A model generated the notes under the pieces. That model was not told where the DNA came from, did not search any database, and saw nothing but the letters and a program-made list of their open reading frames with translations. The position numbers and the translations under genes were made by a program. Below, piece after piece: positions 1 to 9,354 of a DNA stretch of 26,868 nt (position 1 is the stretch's first letter; each line of letters begins with the position of its first letter). Source of the stretch: Promethearchaeota archaeon (GTDB lineage: Archaea; Asgardarchaeota; Hermodarchaeia; Hermodarchaeales; Hermodarchaeaceae); NCBI GenBank assembly GCA_048938295.1, contig JBHLMI010000030.1:1-26868 (forward strand), read 5' to 3'.

Positions 1-1311
1 CTACGGTCTTCAGTAGTTGACGAGAAGTCAGTGAAAGAGCTCGTGCAAGATCTTCAACGAGCACTTCTCCAAGCTGATGTGAATGTTCACCTCGTGATGG
101 ACCTAACGAAGCGGATTGAACAACGGGCACTCAAAGATAAAATCGCCCCTGGTATTTCTCGCCGAGAATATGTCGTTAAGGTTGTATATGAGGAATTGAC
201 TGATATTCTCGGACAGAAAGTCGTGCCCCTCAAATTACAGCCCAATCAATCCAACGTCTATCTTGTCGTTGGGATTCAAGGAAGTGGAAAGACTACTAAC
301 ATAGTGAAATTAGCAAAATTACTCAAAAAAGAAGGACATTCAGTTGGTGTTGTTGCAGCAGATACCTTCCGGGCCGGTGCTTATGACCAGTTGAAACAAC
401 TAGCCGACCGAGCAGAAGTTCCCTGTTTTGGGGACCCCAAGGAAAAAGATTCCATCAAGATTGCCAAGAAAGGTGTGAAGCACTATCAAGACCAAAAAAC
501 GAAGATCATCTTGGTCGATACCGCTGGGCGCCACAAGGAAGAGACGGGCCTTATCCGGGAAATGAAACAGATCGCCAAAGCCCTCAACCCTACTGAGATT
601 ATTCTAGTCGTTGATGGTACTTTGGGGCAACAAGCCTCATCTCAGGCTGAAGCCTTTAACGCAGCAACCCCCATTGGATCCATCATCGTTACGAAACTCG
701 ATGGATCAGCCCGAGGTGGTGGTGCACTTTCCGCGGTAGCGGCTACTGGAGCTCCGATTAAGTACATTGGCACAGGCGAGAAAATCAACGATATTGAGAA
801 ATTTGAACCAACTAGGTTTGTTGGACAGCTCTTGGGAATGGCTGATTTTGAATCGCTTCTCAAGAAAGTGCAAGACGCTGAAGCGATGCCAGATAAGGAA
901 CTGGCGAAAGCGCTTCTGTCAGGCAAATTTACCTTGAAGGAAATGATGGCACAGATGGAAGCCATGGGCAATGTGGGGTCAATTGGCAAGATTTTGAGCA
1001 TGTTGGGATTGGGTTACAAAGTACCCGATGAGATGAAAGAGGTGGCCACAGAGAACTTAGAGAAATGGAAGGTCATCATGAAATCCATGACCGAAGAGGA
1101 ATTGGAAAATCCAAAGCTCATTAAGAGTTCTCGCACGGCACGAATCGCCCGAGGCTCAGGGACCCAACAAAAAGATGTCAAAGATTTGCTCAAACAGTAT
1201 CAACAATCACGGAAATTCATTAAGACCCTTCGCAAGCGGAGGGGTGGCCTTCGTATCCCAGGAATGGAAGGTATGATCGGTGGTAAAAAACCTCCTCGAG
1301 GCGGCCGTTAG
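1..1311 (+). CDS. srp54: Signal recognition particle protein SRP54, 5'-partial (frame open from base 1)
   Basis: GTPase motifs GIQGSGKTT, DTFRAGA, DTAGRH and TKLDG; Met-rich M domain with SMTEEE and RIARGSG. The frame reads LRSSVVDEKS upstream of the GTG at 31, so the true start lies before the window. Confidence 0.97.
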   Translation, partial: LRSSVVDEKSVKELVQDLQRALLQADVNVHLVMDLTKRIEQRALKDKIAPGISRREYVVKVVYEELTDILGQKVVPLKLQPNQSNVYLVVGIQGSGKTTNIVKLAKLLKKEGHSVGVVAADTFRAGAYDQLKQLADRAEVPCFGDPKEKDSIKIAKKGVKHYQDQKTKIILVDTAGRHKEETGLIREMKQIAKALNPTEIILVVDGTLGQQASSQAEAFNAATPIGSIIVTKLDGSARGGGALSAVAATGAPIKYIGTGEKINDIEKFEPTRFVGQLLGMADFESLLKKVQDAEAMPDKELAKALLSGKFTLKEMMAQMEAMGNVGSIGKILSMLGLGYKVPDEMKEVATENLEKWKVIMKSMTEEELENPKLIKSSRTARIARGSGTQQKDVKDLLKQYQQSRKFIKTLRKRRGGLRIPGMEGMIGGKKPPRGGR

Positions 1312-1875
1312 TTGCCCCGGTTACACATTTTCCTTGACTCACCCGCCAGCAACGAACTCACCAAAACCGAACTCGATATTGGAATCGTAACCCGACCCTA
1401 CGTGGCTATCGCCCACTGCATCCGCGCAGGATTTTGCATCTCTCACGCCCTTCGTGACTGGGTTCGGATCACCATCGGGTTTACCCAACTGGAACCGTAC
1501 TCGCTAACACTGGATCCCACGACGATTCGATATCTAGGCACCGACGAACGCTCCATTCTCCACATCATTCTTCGTGCGCAAGAAGCATACCGAAGGTCAA
1601 AAGTCAAGATGCCTTATGGTGTGACCATCCATGAAGAACCGTTTCAAGGCCTGCTTAAAACTAGCCTTAATCAGGAGGGGCTTCTCTTGATTCCAGACCA
1701 AACGTCATCATGGCGGGCAAAAATATCTGAATTTTCAAAATTTGCCATGTATTGTCCCCTTTCTAAGGTCTGGGACCCGATTGAACACCTGCCATCAGAA
1801 ATCGCTTTTTACCATGATTTCCTTGCGCGTGATATTGCTATTCTCGAACTTGTTCATGCATTGGATCAGTTGTAA
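1312..1875 (+). CDS. TrmY-like SPOUT-family protein (tRNA m1-pseudouridine-54 methyltransferase homolog), SAM-knot motifs degenerate
   Basis: HCIRAGFCISHALRDWV and RYLGTDERSI resemble TrmY (RC...FFLSHxxRRDV, xxxPDERxI); C-terminal LELVHALDQ resembles ITIxHNxLD. Immediately upstream of pus10. TTG start abuts the srp54 stop. Confidence 0.7.
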   Translation: MPRLHIFLDSPASNELTKTELDIGIVTRPYVAIAHCIRAGFCISHALRDWVRITIGFTQLEPYSLTLDPTTIRYLGTDERSILHIILRAQEAYRRSKVKMPYGVTIHEEPFQGLLKTSLNQEGLLLIPDQTSSWRAKISEFSKFAMYCPLSKVWDPIEHLPSEIAFYHDFLARDIAILELVHALDQL

Positions 1876-1923
1876 ATCGTGACGCAGAAAGACTGAAAAA
1901 GCGGCAAAGTCGTCCTTGGCTTA

Positions 1924-3279
1924 ATGACGTTGGGAAATATGGCGAATAAAGCGCAACGGATTCTTCGTCTCTACTCCATTGATGACTGGTGTCTAGGTAG
2001 GCAGTTTGCCATGCAAGGATATGGCCTGACAAACAAAGATCGAGGAATCGCGTTAAAGACAATGTTGCTGATGGCAGGAACAGAAGCACATCAGCGAAAT
2101 TCCCAGCGAGGTATTACTCTTCTTCGTCGCCTGGCAGAAAATGGACAATTTCATCCTGCAAGAGAGTACCTCGAAAAGGAAGGAATAACCGACCTGCAGC
2201 CAAGTCGAAAATGCGATATCTGTAATGGTGTCATGGACCAACTCCCTGAAGCAGCAAAAGCCATGATTCAAGCGTTTAAGGGCTGGGAAGCCACTTCACT
2301 TCTCGTCGGAACTAAAGTCGATCCAAACATAATGGAGAGGGAGGAACAACTGCGAAGTGAGCTGCAAATCGACACTGGAGAACCCATTAAAGCTGAACTT
2401 AACCGAGAAATCGGAAAACTCGTCACCACCCATCTTAAGTTAGACGTCGATTTTGAATCCCCCGATATAGTAGGAGTTATCCAAATCCCTGGTTTTTCAG
2501 TTGAACTCGAAGTCCATTCATTATTCATCTTCGGGCGCTATCGGAAACTGGTTCGTGGAATACCACAAACCCGATGGCCCTGCCGCGAATGCCGAGGAAA
2601 AGGTTGCCCGCGGTGTAATCAGACTGGAAAAATGTATGCTGAATCAGTGGAAGAGCTCATCGCCCCTGCACTTCTCGAATATACGAGAGGAACTGATGTC
2701 AAATTTCATGGTGCAGGACGCGAGGATATTGATGCACGAATGCTGGGTACCGGTCGGCCCTTTGTCATTGAGGTGCTCTCTCCCCATACGCGAAAAATTC
2801 CTCTTGATCAAGTTGCGAATCGTATTAACAGCTCAACCGATGGCAAAGTGGAAGTGAGTAATCTTCGTTTTGCCAATAAGGAAGTGGTGCAACGAATTAA
2901 AAGCACCGCTACGTCGTCCAAAAAGGTTTATAAGGCGACTGTGCATGTTGAGGAGCCCATTGCCCAAGATTCGCTGAAAACCCTTCACGAGCTGCCGTTA
3001 CCGCTAGAGGTGCACCAACGAACACCACAACGAGTCAGCCACCGTCGGTCAGACCGTATACGGAAAAAACGTGTTGATGCTTTAGAAGCCGTTTTCATTG
3101 ACGCCAATACATTTGAACTGACTATCCAGTGCCAAGGTGGTCTCTACGTCAAAGAATTTATATCGGGTGATGAGGGACGCACTGTACCAAGTATCACCGA
3201 AATCTTGGGTACAACTGTTGCATGTACACAACTCGATGTGATAGATGTAGTAATCGCGGAGGAAAAACTACCATGGTAA
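1924..3279 (+). CDS. pus10: tRNA pseudouridine(54/55) synthase Pus10
   Basis: CLGRQF N-terminus, GRYRKLVRGIPQTRW, FHGAGREDIDARMLGTGRPF (catalytic Asp), QRTPQRVSHRR, GGLYVKEFISGDEGRT. Confidence 0.96.
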   Translation: MTLGNMANKAQRILRLYSIDDWCLGRQFAMQGYGLTNKDRGIALKTMLLMAGTEAHQRNSQRGITLLRRLAENGQFHPAREYLEKEGITDLQPSRKCDICNGVMDQLPEAAKAMIQAFKGWEATSLLVGTKVDPNIMEREEQLRSELQIDTGEPIKAELNREIGKLVTTHLKLDVDFESPDIVGVIQIPGFSVELEVHSLFIFGRYRKLVRGIPQTRWPCRECRGKGCPRCNQTGKMYAESVEELIAPALLEYTRGTDVKFHGAGREDIDARMLGTGRPFVIEVLSPHTRKIPLDQVANRINSSTDGKVEVSNLRFANKEVVQRIKSTATSSKKVYKATVHVEEPIAQDSLKTLHELPLPLEVHQRTPQRVSHRRSDRIRKKRVDALEAVFIDANTFELTIQCQGGLYVKEFISGDEGRTVPSITEILGTTVACTQLDVIDVVIAEEKLPW

Positions 3280-3578
3280 AACGCTCCCACGGCTACCGTG
3301 TGGGTACCCGTAAACTATTGACCAAAAAAGTTCGCCAGCGTGGTATGCCTAGCCTAGGCAAGCTCTTACACACGTATAATGAAAGTGATCGTGTTGATAT
3401 CATCATTGATTCATCAATCCATGGTGGGCAACCACACCGACGGTATCATGGGCGCGTGGGAATAATTCGAGGACGTCGTGGTCAAGCCTACGAAGTTGAA
3501 ACCACGTTGGGAAAGAAAACGAAGTTACTCATAATTCGTCCAGAACATCTCCGCCCCAGTGGGACCCAAACCGAATAA
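3273..3578 (+). CDS. rpl21e: 50S ribosomal protein L21e (eL21)
   Basis: MVKRSHGYRVGTRKLL...GGQPHRRYHGRVG...KLLIIRPEHLRP. Start moved from the track's 3222 to ATG 3273, overlapping the pus10 stop. Confidence 0.96.
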   Translation: MVKRSHGYRVGTRKLLTKKVRQRGMPSLGKLLHTYNESDRVDIIIDSSIHGGQPHRRYHGRVGIIRGRRGQAYEVETTLGKKTKLLIIRPEHLRPSGTQTE

Positions 3579-3596
3579 TCAAGGAAGGGAGCAATT

Positions 3597-3956
3597 ATGG
3601 CAAAGGAAATTATTGAATCACAACCGCTTACTCTTGCAGAGGTTAAGTCAATCCTTACTAAGCGTGGTAAGAAAGCGGAGCTAAGCTATATTCAAAGGGT
3701 AACTTTGGATCATACTGGGAAGTTCTCATCACTTTCAGCGCGCACCGCGAAATCACTAGTCAAAAAGCTAGTGAAAAGTTACGAGATGGAAGAACCCTTA
3801 GCTATCCAAATCGTTGACATCGCTCCAACTACAACAGATGAACTTGCTTCTTTTCTCGCTCGATCCCCTCGTACTTACACGCCTGACGAGATAGCTGATA
3901 TTTTAGAGCTTCTTGTATCGTCGACGAAGAAGGAGGCAGCAACGAAAAAAAAGTAA
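3597..3956 (+). CDS. rpo4: RNA polymerase subunit Rpo4 (RpoF/Rpb4)
   Basis: EIIESQPLTLAEVKSIL...LSYIQRVTLDH...AIQIVDIAPTTTDEL pattern; conserved rpl21e-rpo4-DUF655-rsmA gene order. Confidence 0.9.
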   Translation: MAKEIIESQPLTLAEVKSILTKRGKKAELSYIQRVTLDHTGKFSSLSARTAKSLVKKLVKSYEMEEPLAIQIVDIAPTTTDELASFLARSPRTYTPDEIADILELLVSSTKKEAATKKK

Positions 3957-4028
3957 TCCCCGTGCAGGAGACGGGAAGAGAGATAAACCCGCTGCACCTT
4001 CAGTAAACTACTTTCATGAGGGCAAAAC

Positions 4029-4628
4029 ATGACATCACGTCCACCCACGAAAAAGTTTGAAGAATATGCATACGTTCTAGACCATTTGCCACGTGGGTAC
4101 CCCGAGGACACTCGACCGATTTTCAAAAAAGATCCCATCGTTCAAGCCGTCGGTGACACCTACTTTACCCTTTTGGAACTAGTCCCTCGGAAAGGAGCAC
4201 GATTCAGCCCTCAAGAATCCATATTCATTGGACGTGACCGACGAGACAAGATTGATCATGTCAAACGACGGATAACCTTTGACATTTTAACCGCCACAGC
4301 ACGAAGTGAATTACCCTTCGTAATTGAAAAGCTCGTTGAAAAGTCTGAAAGCCGGTTTGTTGACTTTTTCAATAATGCCCGACCACTGACGACTCGGATG
4401 CATAGTCTCGAGCTGCTTCCCGGCATCGGAAAGAAACTAATGTGGGACATCCTTGAGGAACGCCGAAAAGCCCCCTTCACCAGCTTCCAAGATATCGCGG
4501 AGAGAACTCAAATTCGTGCCCCCAAAGAAATCATCGTAAAACGAATTCTCATGGAACTCAGTGCGGAAGACAAGTATAATCTGTTCACCCGCAAACCCAT
4601 TGTGGAAAAAGAACAAGAACGAGGCTAA
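4029..4628 (+). CDS. DUF655-family protein (putative nucleic-acid binding, HhH motif)
   Basis: EEYAYVLDHLPRG, QAVGDTYFTLLEL, RMHSLELLPGIGKK; typical position between rpo4 and rsmA. Confidence 0.9.
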   Translation: MTSRPPTKKFEEYAYVLDHLPRGYPEDTRPIFKKDPIVQAVGDTYFTLLELVPRKGARFSPQESIFIGRDRRDKIDHVKRRITFDILTATARSELPFVIEKLVEKSESRFVDFFNNARPLTTRMHSLELLPGIGKKLMWDILEERRKAPFTSFQDIAERTQIRAPKEIIVKRILMELSAEDKYNLFTRKPIVEKEQERG

Positions 4629-4642
4629 ACGGAGCTTTCAAA

Positions 4643-5467
4643 ATGACCCCGGGGTCCCTTCTCACCCGGACTAAACAATGGCTCAGAAGAAATGATATCC
4701 GTATCTCCAGACAGCTTGGTCAACATTTCCTCGTTGACGAGCAAGTACTTCAACGAATAATCGAATATTCGGACCTCTCTCAAGACGAGAAAGTCCTAGA
4801 AATCGGAACGGGGAACGGGGTGTTAACTCAAGCCCTCGCAAAACATGTTCAACAAGTGTTCACAATCGAAAAAGACACAAAATTGTATCAAATCCTCTCA
4901 AACGAGCTTAGCTCAATAAGGCAGATTACACTGATTCAAGGCGACGCTACCAAAATCGAGTGGCCCCATACTGATAAACTAGTCGCTAATCTTCCCTATG
5001 CAATATCTTCGACTGTACTTTTCCGGTTTTTCGAGGCCAAGATCCCTTTAGCTATCCTTATGCTGCAAAGGGAGTTTGGGGAGAGACTGACGGCCCAACC
5101 CAACACGAAGCAGTATGGACGATTAACAGTGATGGCTGCATACCACTCAATTGTGGAATTATTAGAGGTGATCGAACCTGAGGCTTTCTACCCTCCCCCG
5201 GTAGTGTCATCTGCCCTTGTTCGAGTATTCAGAAAGGATCAACCTAAATTCATAGTTAAAGATCAGATTTTGTTTGGACAACTGGTTACCGCACTTTTCA
5301 ACCAACGCAGAAAAAAAATCCGAACCCCATTGAAAGCGTTTCTGGGTAAAGGTGATTTTCAATGGCTTCAGGATAAAATTACTTGGTTGGATCAGCGCGT
5401 TGAGACCTTGAATCCAGAACAGCTGGCTGAAATTGCGAACATCATCTATGAGGAACGAAGCACATGA
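4643..5467 (+). CDS. rsmA: 16S rRNA adenine dimethyltransferase RsmA/KsgA/Dim1
   Basis: LGQHFL, VLEIGTGNG (motif I), VANLPYAIS (motif IV), AFYPPPVVSSA, FNQRRKK. Confidence 0.96.
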   Translation: MTPGSLLTRTKQWLRRNDIRISRQLGQHFLVDEQVLQRIIEYSDLSQDEKVLEIGTGNGVLTQALAKHVQQVFTIEKDTKLYQILSNELSSIRQITLIQGDATKIEWPHTDKLVANLPYAISSTVLFRFFEAKIPLAILMLQREFGERLTAQPNTKQYGRLTVMAAYHSIVELLEVIEPEAFYPPPVVSSALVRVFRKDQPKFIVKDQILFGQLVTALFNQRRKKIRTPLKAFLGKGDFQWLQDKITWLDQRVETLNPEQLAEIANIIYEERST

Positions 5468-6069
5468 GCCCTTCAGCAGCGTTTTATGAAGATATCTGGG
5501 TTATTGTAGATGATGGCGTCTATGAACCTGCCGATGACACCTTTATGCTCTGTGCAAACCTTGAGATTTCACCCGGTGAAACCGTGCTAGAAATTGGAAC
5601 AGGCTGTGGACTTGTCGCCATAGTAGCGGCTAAGGCAGGGGCTAAGGTAGTCGCCACCGACCAATCAGCTGCTGCAGTTCAAAATGCAAAGAAGAACGTT
5701 ACGCTTCATGGATATGGATCACGAGTTGAAATTCGGCAAGGAGATCTCTTCGAACCTATTAGTACTAAGGAAACATTTACCTTGCTGTTGTTTAACCCCC
5801 CATATCTTCCTGGTACCAAGGATGATCCGGCATTTGATCCTGCTTGGTCAGGAGGAATCAAGGGATATGAGGTTACTGAAAGATTCCTCGATCAGTGTGT
5901 CCAATACCTTGACCCGAATGGTCGGCTCCTATTAGTTCAGTCTACTCTGGCTGATCCTAAACGCATCCAGCTTCGACTTGAGCGGCTTTTTCGCAGGGTG
6001 AAAGTGAAAGAGGAAAAAGCATTCTTCTTCGAGCGTTTATTATTATTTGAGACCCAAGACCCCAAATAG
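5464..6069 (+). CDS. HemK2/N6AMT1-type release-factor glutamine methyltransferase
   Basis: VYEPADDT, VLEIGTGCG, LFNPPYLP, WSGG motifs; ATGA overlap with rsmA. Confidence 0.88.
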   Translation: MSPSAAFYEDIWVIVDDGVYEPADDTFMLCANLEISPGETVLEIGTGCGLVAIVAAKAGAKVVATDQSAAAVQNAKKNVTLHGYGSRVEIRQGDLFEPISTKETFTLLLFNPPYLPGTKDDPAFDPAWSGGIKGYEVTERFLDQCVQYLDPNGRLLLVQSTLADPKRIQLRLERLFRRVKVKEEKAFFFERLLLFETQDPK

Positions 6070-6128
6070 AGCCTATTATTAACAAAATTTTAGAGTTAGT
6101 CTCTGCTGAATGGGATGTGTGGAGCCCC

Positions 6129-7295
6129 ATGCCCGTTAACTTGACCGCTGAAGCTCAAGCAGCGAAAATTGCTTACGAAGAAGCATCAGGCCTTGATGAA
6201 CGAATCGAAAAACTTGAGAAGTTCATTTCACTTATCCCGAAACACAAATCCTCAGAGAAGATGGTGGCCCACTACAAGCATCGATTGACCGTGTTGCGGC
6301 AAGAAAAGGAAGATTTGCGGGTACGCCGAAAAGTCGCAAGCGGAGGACCTACGTACGCGATGGCGAAGGAGGGAGCTGGACAAGTAGTCCTAGTTGGTGT
6401 CACTAATTCGGGAAAAAGTGCTCTTCTGAACCGATTAACAGGTGCTAAAGCCAAGGTTGGTGATTACGAGTTCACTACACAACTTCCTGAACCAGGCATT
6501 TTGAAGTATGGCGGCGCAGATATCCAAATAATCGATATGCCTTCGCTGTTTGAAGGCGCTATTGACAGTAGCATTGGAAGGCAAATCCTGGGAGGTATAC
6601 GTAACGCGGATCTCATCGTCTTAGTCATCGATCTTACCCGACCCCCGAAGCCACAACTCGAATTTCTTCTATTAATTTTAGAAGAATCGCGAATTAAACT
6701 CAACAAGCCCCCACCGCCGATTCGGTTCGCTAAAACGGGGAGTGGAGGAACTAATATCGTTGGTGTTACAAACTTTCAAGGGGATCCGGAACTAATCCGC
6801 CAGCTCATGCGTCGTCGACGAATTCACAATTTCTCAATTCAATTTCGCGGTCCCGCAACCTTGGAAGATTTAATAGAAGTCATTGATAGTCGAACAACAT
6901 ATGTTCCTTCAATCATTATAGCGACTAAAGGTGATTCAGCTAGTAGTTCAGAAAATTATGCGGAATTACAAAGAGAATATGGTGAGGTTTTTCCTATATT
7001 TCCGGTTTCAGTGGAGAAGGATATAGGTATTAAAAACGCAGCAGAGGCAATTTTCAAAGCGTTAAAGGTCCTCCGCATCTTTACACGAAAAAGTACAGGG
7101 GAAATCGGTGAGAAACCACTCATTTTGCCTTTGGAGTCGAATGTTGAAGATCTCGCCAAACGCCTTCACAGTGATTTTCACAAAAACTTCCGGTATGCCA
7201 TTGTTTACCGGTTAAGTACCGGGCAAATGCGTAAGAAAGTCGGATTCACCTTTGCACTAGAAGATCAGGATGTCGTCCAAATCTTCACCTTTTAG
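6129..7295 (+). CDS. OBG/DRG-family GTP-binding protein with C-terminal TGS domain
   Basis: MPVNL start, IPKHK, G1 GVTNSGKS, switch I YEFTT, G3-like DMPS, G4 ATKGD, TGS LHSDFHKNFRYA...LEDQDVVQI. Start placed at ATG 6129; the track gives 6117. Confidence 0.9.
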   Translation: MPVNLTAEAQAAKIAYEEASGLDERIEKLEKFISLIPKHKSSEKMVAHYKHRLTVLRQEKEDLRVRRKVASGGPTYAMAKEGAGQVVLVGVTNSGKSALLNRLTGAKAKVGDYEFTTQLPEPGILKYGGADIQIIDMPSLFEGAIDSSIGRQILGGIRNADLIVLVIDLTRPPKPQLEFLLLILEESRIKLNKPPPPIRFAKTGSGGTNIVGVTNFQGDPELIRQLMRRRRIHNFSIQFRGPATLEDLIEVIDSRTTYVPSIIIATKGDSASSSENYAELQREYGEVFPIFPVSVEKDIGIKNAAEAIFKALKVLRIFTRKSTGEIGEKPLILPLESNVEDLAKRLHSDFHKNFRYAIVYRLSTGQMRKKVGFTFALEDQDVVQIFTF

Positions 7296-7381
7296 TATTC
7301 ACTATAGCCTGTTAGCACGTAAGATTAATAAGACGGCAAGATTTGCCATACTTCCTGTCCTCTCTCTTGAGGTGAATCGCT

Positions 7382-7918
7382 ATGCCTATCAGACCAGGAA
7401 GATGCTATAGACAAATCAAACGACCGCCATACACACGGAAAGAATACATCAAGCGGATGCCAGGAAACAAAGTGGTGCTGTGGCGTATGGGCAAGAAACG
7501 AAGTGTTAACTTCGAATTAACGTTGAGCCTGCTAGTGGATGAAGCAGTTCAAATTCGACATAGTGCACTTGAGGCAATGCGCATTGCGACCAATCGTCAC
7601 CTCACACAAATTTTGGGACCTGAGGGGTACTTCTTATGGCTTCGCACCTATCCGCATCAAATTCTTCGAGAAAAGAAGATGATGGCCTTTGCTGGTGCAG
7701 ACAGGATCCAAGAAGGAATGCGCCGATCCTTTGGTAAGCCTTTTTCGTTAGCAGCACGAGTAAAACCAGGGCAACCTGTGATGACCTTAGAAGTCGATTA
7801 CAAAAACCTGAAAGTCGCGAAGGATGCCCTCCGTCGGGGAGCAATGAAGCTTCCAACACCTTGTTCTATTCATCTTGATGAAGCTCCGGAAGAGCTGCGT
7901 AAAAAAATCGGTTTCTAA
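7382..7918 (+). CDS. rpl10e: 50S ribosomal protein L10e (uL16)
   Basis: RPGRCYR, QIRHSALEAMRI, YPHQILREKKMMAFAGADRIQEGMRRSFGKP; GAGGTGA SD upstream. Confidence 0.97.
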   Translation: MPIRPGRCYRQIKRPPYTRKEYIKRMPGNKVVLWRMGKKRSVNFELTLSLLVDEAVQIRHSALEAMRIATNRHLTQILGPEGYFLWLRTYPHQILREKKMMAFAGADRIQEGMRRSFGKPFSLAARVKPGQPVMTLEVDYKNLKVAKDALRRGAMKLPTPCSIHLDEAPEELRKKIGF

Positions 7919-7972
7919 CAAATTCGAGCTCTATCTCAGAAGCTAAAATGAGTCGTGTAAACAGCGAAGTTG

Positions 7973-9265
7973 TTAATTTACCCTACACTTTCGAAACTGG
8001 TCTCCAGCATACCTGCCCTTAGCGCCTAAGTCTTGGTTGATTTTGATAAGACGATTATATTTCGCGGTTCTTTCACCTCGGGCTGGTGCTCCGGTTTTAA
8101 TTTGCCCACAAGCGAGAGCTACGGATAGATCAGCAATGAAGGTGTTTTCTGTTTCTCCACTACGATGACTTACAACAACAGTGTAGCCGTTTGCTCCCGC
8201 AAGCTTAGCCGCTTCTTTAGCCTCTGTGAGTGTGCCAATCTGGTTGACTTTGAGCAATAACGAGTTGGCTGCACCTATATCAATGCCCTTCTGCAGACGA
8301 GTGCTATTTGACACAAATATATCATCACCAACAATCTGGACTGACTTACCAATCATTTGGGTCAGTTGGGCAAAGCTTTCGAAATCGCTCTCTTCAAAGG
8401 GATCTTCAATGGAGATGAGTGGATACTCTTTGCTCAATTCGCGATAGAAGTCGAAGAGGTCCGGCGTTGATAAGCGGTGACCGTCAACTCGGTATCCGCC
8501 CCGGGAATGGAATTCACTAGCAGCTGCATCCAAAGCTAAGCCTATCTCTTTTCCAGGTTTGTATCCTTCTTGTTCAATCGCAGTTATTAAAGCATCGAGG
8601 GCTCCACGAGTGTTTTTTATTGGAGGAGCAAATCCTCCCTCATCACCGAGGTTCTTACCTGCAGGACCATACTTTTGCGCTAATACCTTGCCGAGGGTGT
8701 GGTAGACTTCTATACCTGCGCGTAAGGCTCGATGGAAATCATCAAACCCAATGGGCATAATCAGAAACTCTTGAATGGCAAGTTCATTACCTGCATGCAC
8801 TCCGCCATTGATGATATTCATCATGGGAACCGGTAGCACATATTTTTCCCGTTGAGCAAGATATTCAAACAAGTGCTGGTTGCCAGTATCCGCTGCGGCT
8901 TTGGCCACTGCTAGCGAGACGCCCAGAATTGCATTTGCTCCTAAATTACTTTTGTTGGAAGTACCATCCAATTGGAGCATTTTCGTATCGATTGCTCGTT
9001 GTTCTCGAGCGTCCATCCCGATGATTGCGGGTGCAAGAATTGTGGAAATATTTTTCAGTGCTTGGAGAACGCCGCGTCCGTGAAACCGCTTCGGATCGTT
9101 ATCGCGTAATTCGACAGCTTCATATTTCCCTGTCGAAGCCCCTGATGGAACCATTGCTCGCCCATATGCTTCCTGAGTGAGAACCTCCACCTGAATCGTT
9201 GGATTACCACGACTATCCAAAATCTCCATAGCCCGAATTTCTTTGATGGTATATGAATTTGACAT
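7973..9265 (-). CDS. eno: Enolase (phosphopyruvate hydratase)
   Basis: ILDSRGNPT, VPSGASTG, GDEGGFAP, LDAAASEF, IEDPF, VGDD, LLKVNQIGT, SHRSGETE, QIKTGAP. Confidence 0.98.
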   Translation of the reverse strand: MSNSYTIKEIRAMEILDSRGNPTIQVEVLTQEAYGRAMVPSGASTGKYEAVELRDNDPKRFHGRGVLQALKNISTILAPAIIGMDAREQRAIDTKMLQLDGTSNKSNLGANAILGVSLAVAKAAADTGNQHLFEYLAQREKYVLPVPMMNIINGGVHAGNELAIQEFLIMPIGFDDFHRALRAGIEVYHTLGKVLAQKYGPAGKNLGDEGGFAPPIKNTRGALDALITAIEQEGYKPGKEIGLALDAAASEFHSRGGYRVDGHRLSTPDLFDFYRELSKEYPLISIEDPFEESDFESFAQLTQMIGKSVQIVGDDIFVSNSTRLQKGIDIGAANSLLLKVNQIGTLTEAKEAAKLAGANGYTVVVSHRSGETENTFIADLSVALACGQIKTGAPARGERTAKYNRLIKINQDLGAKGRYAGDQFRKCRVN

Positions 9266-9354
9266 AAGCGGATTACCTCTAAGTGCTCAAGAGTGTTGTA
9301 CCTCGATGCAGTTAAGTGTTGATAATACAATGGTTCTAAAAAAGAGAATGGTTT

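Noticed and set aside
3944-3956. A-run at the end of rpo4 as a programmed frameshift site
   Set aside because: It encodes the Lys-rich tail of a full-length Rpo4 with a normal stop; I saw no ORF requiring a shift.
3962-3997. Hairpin as a SECIS element
   Set aside because: No adjacent gene has an in-frame TGA at a plausible Sec site (rpo4 ends in TAA), and the AUGA/GA quartet is missing.
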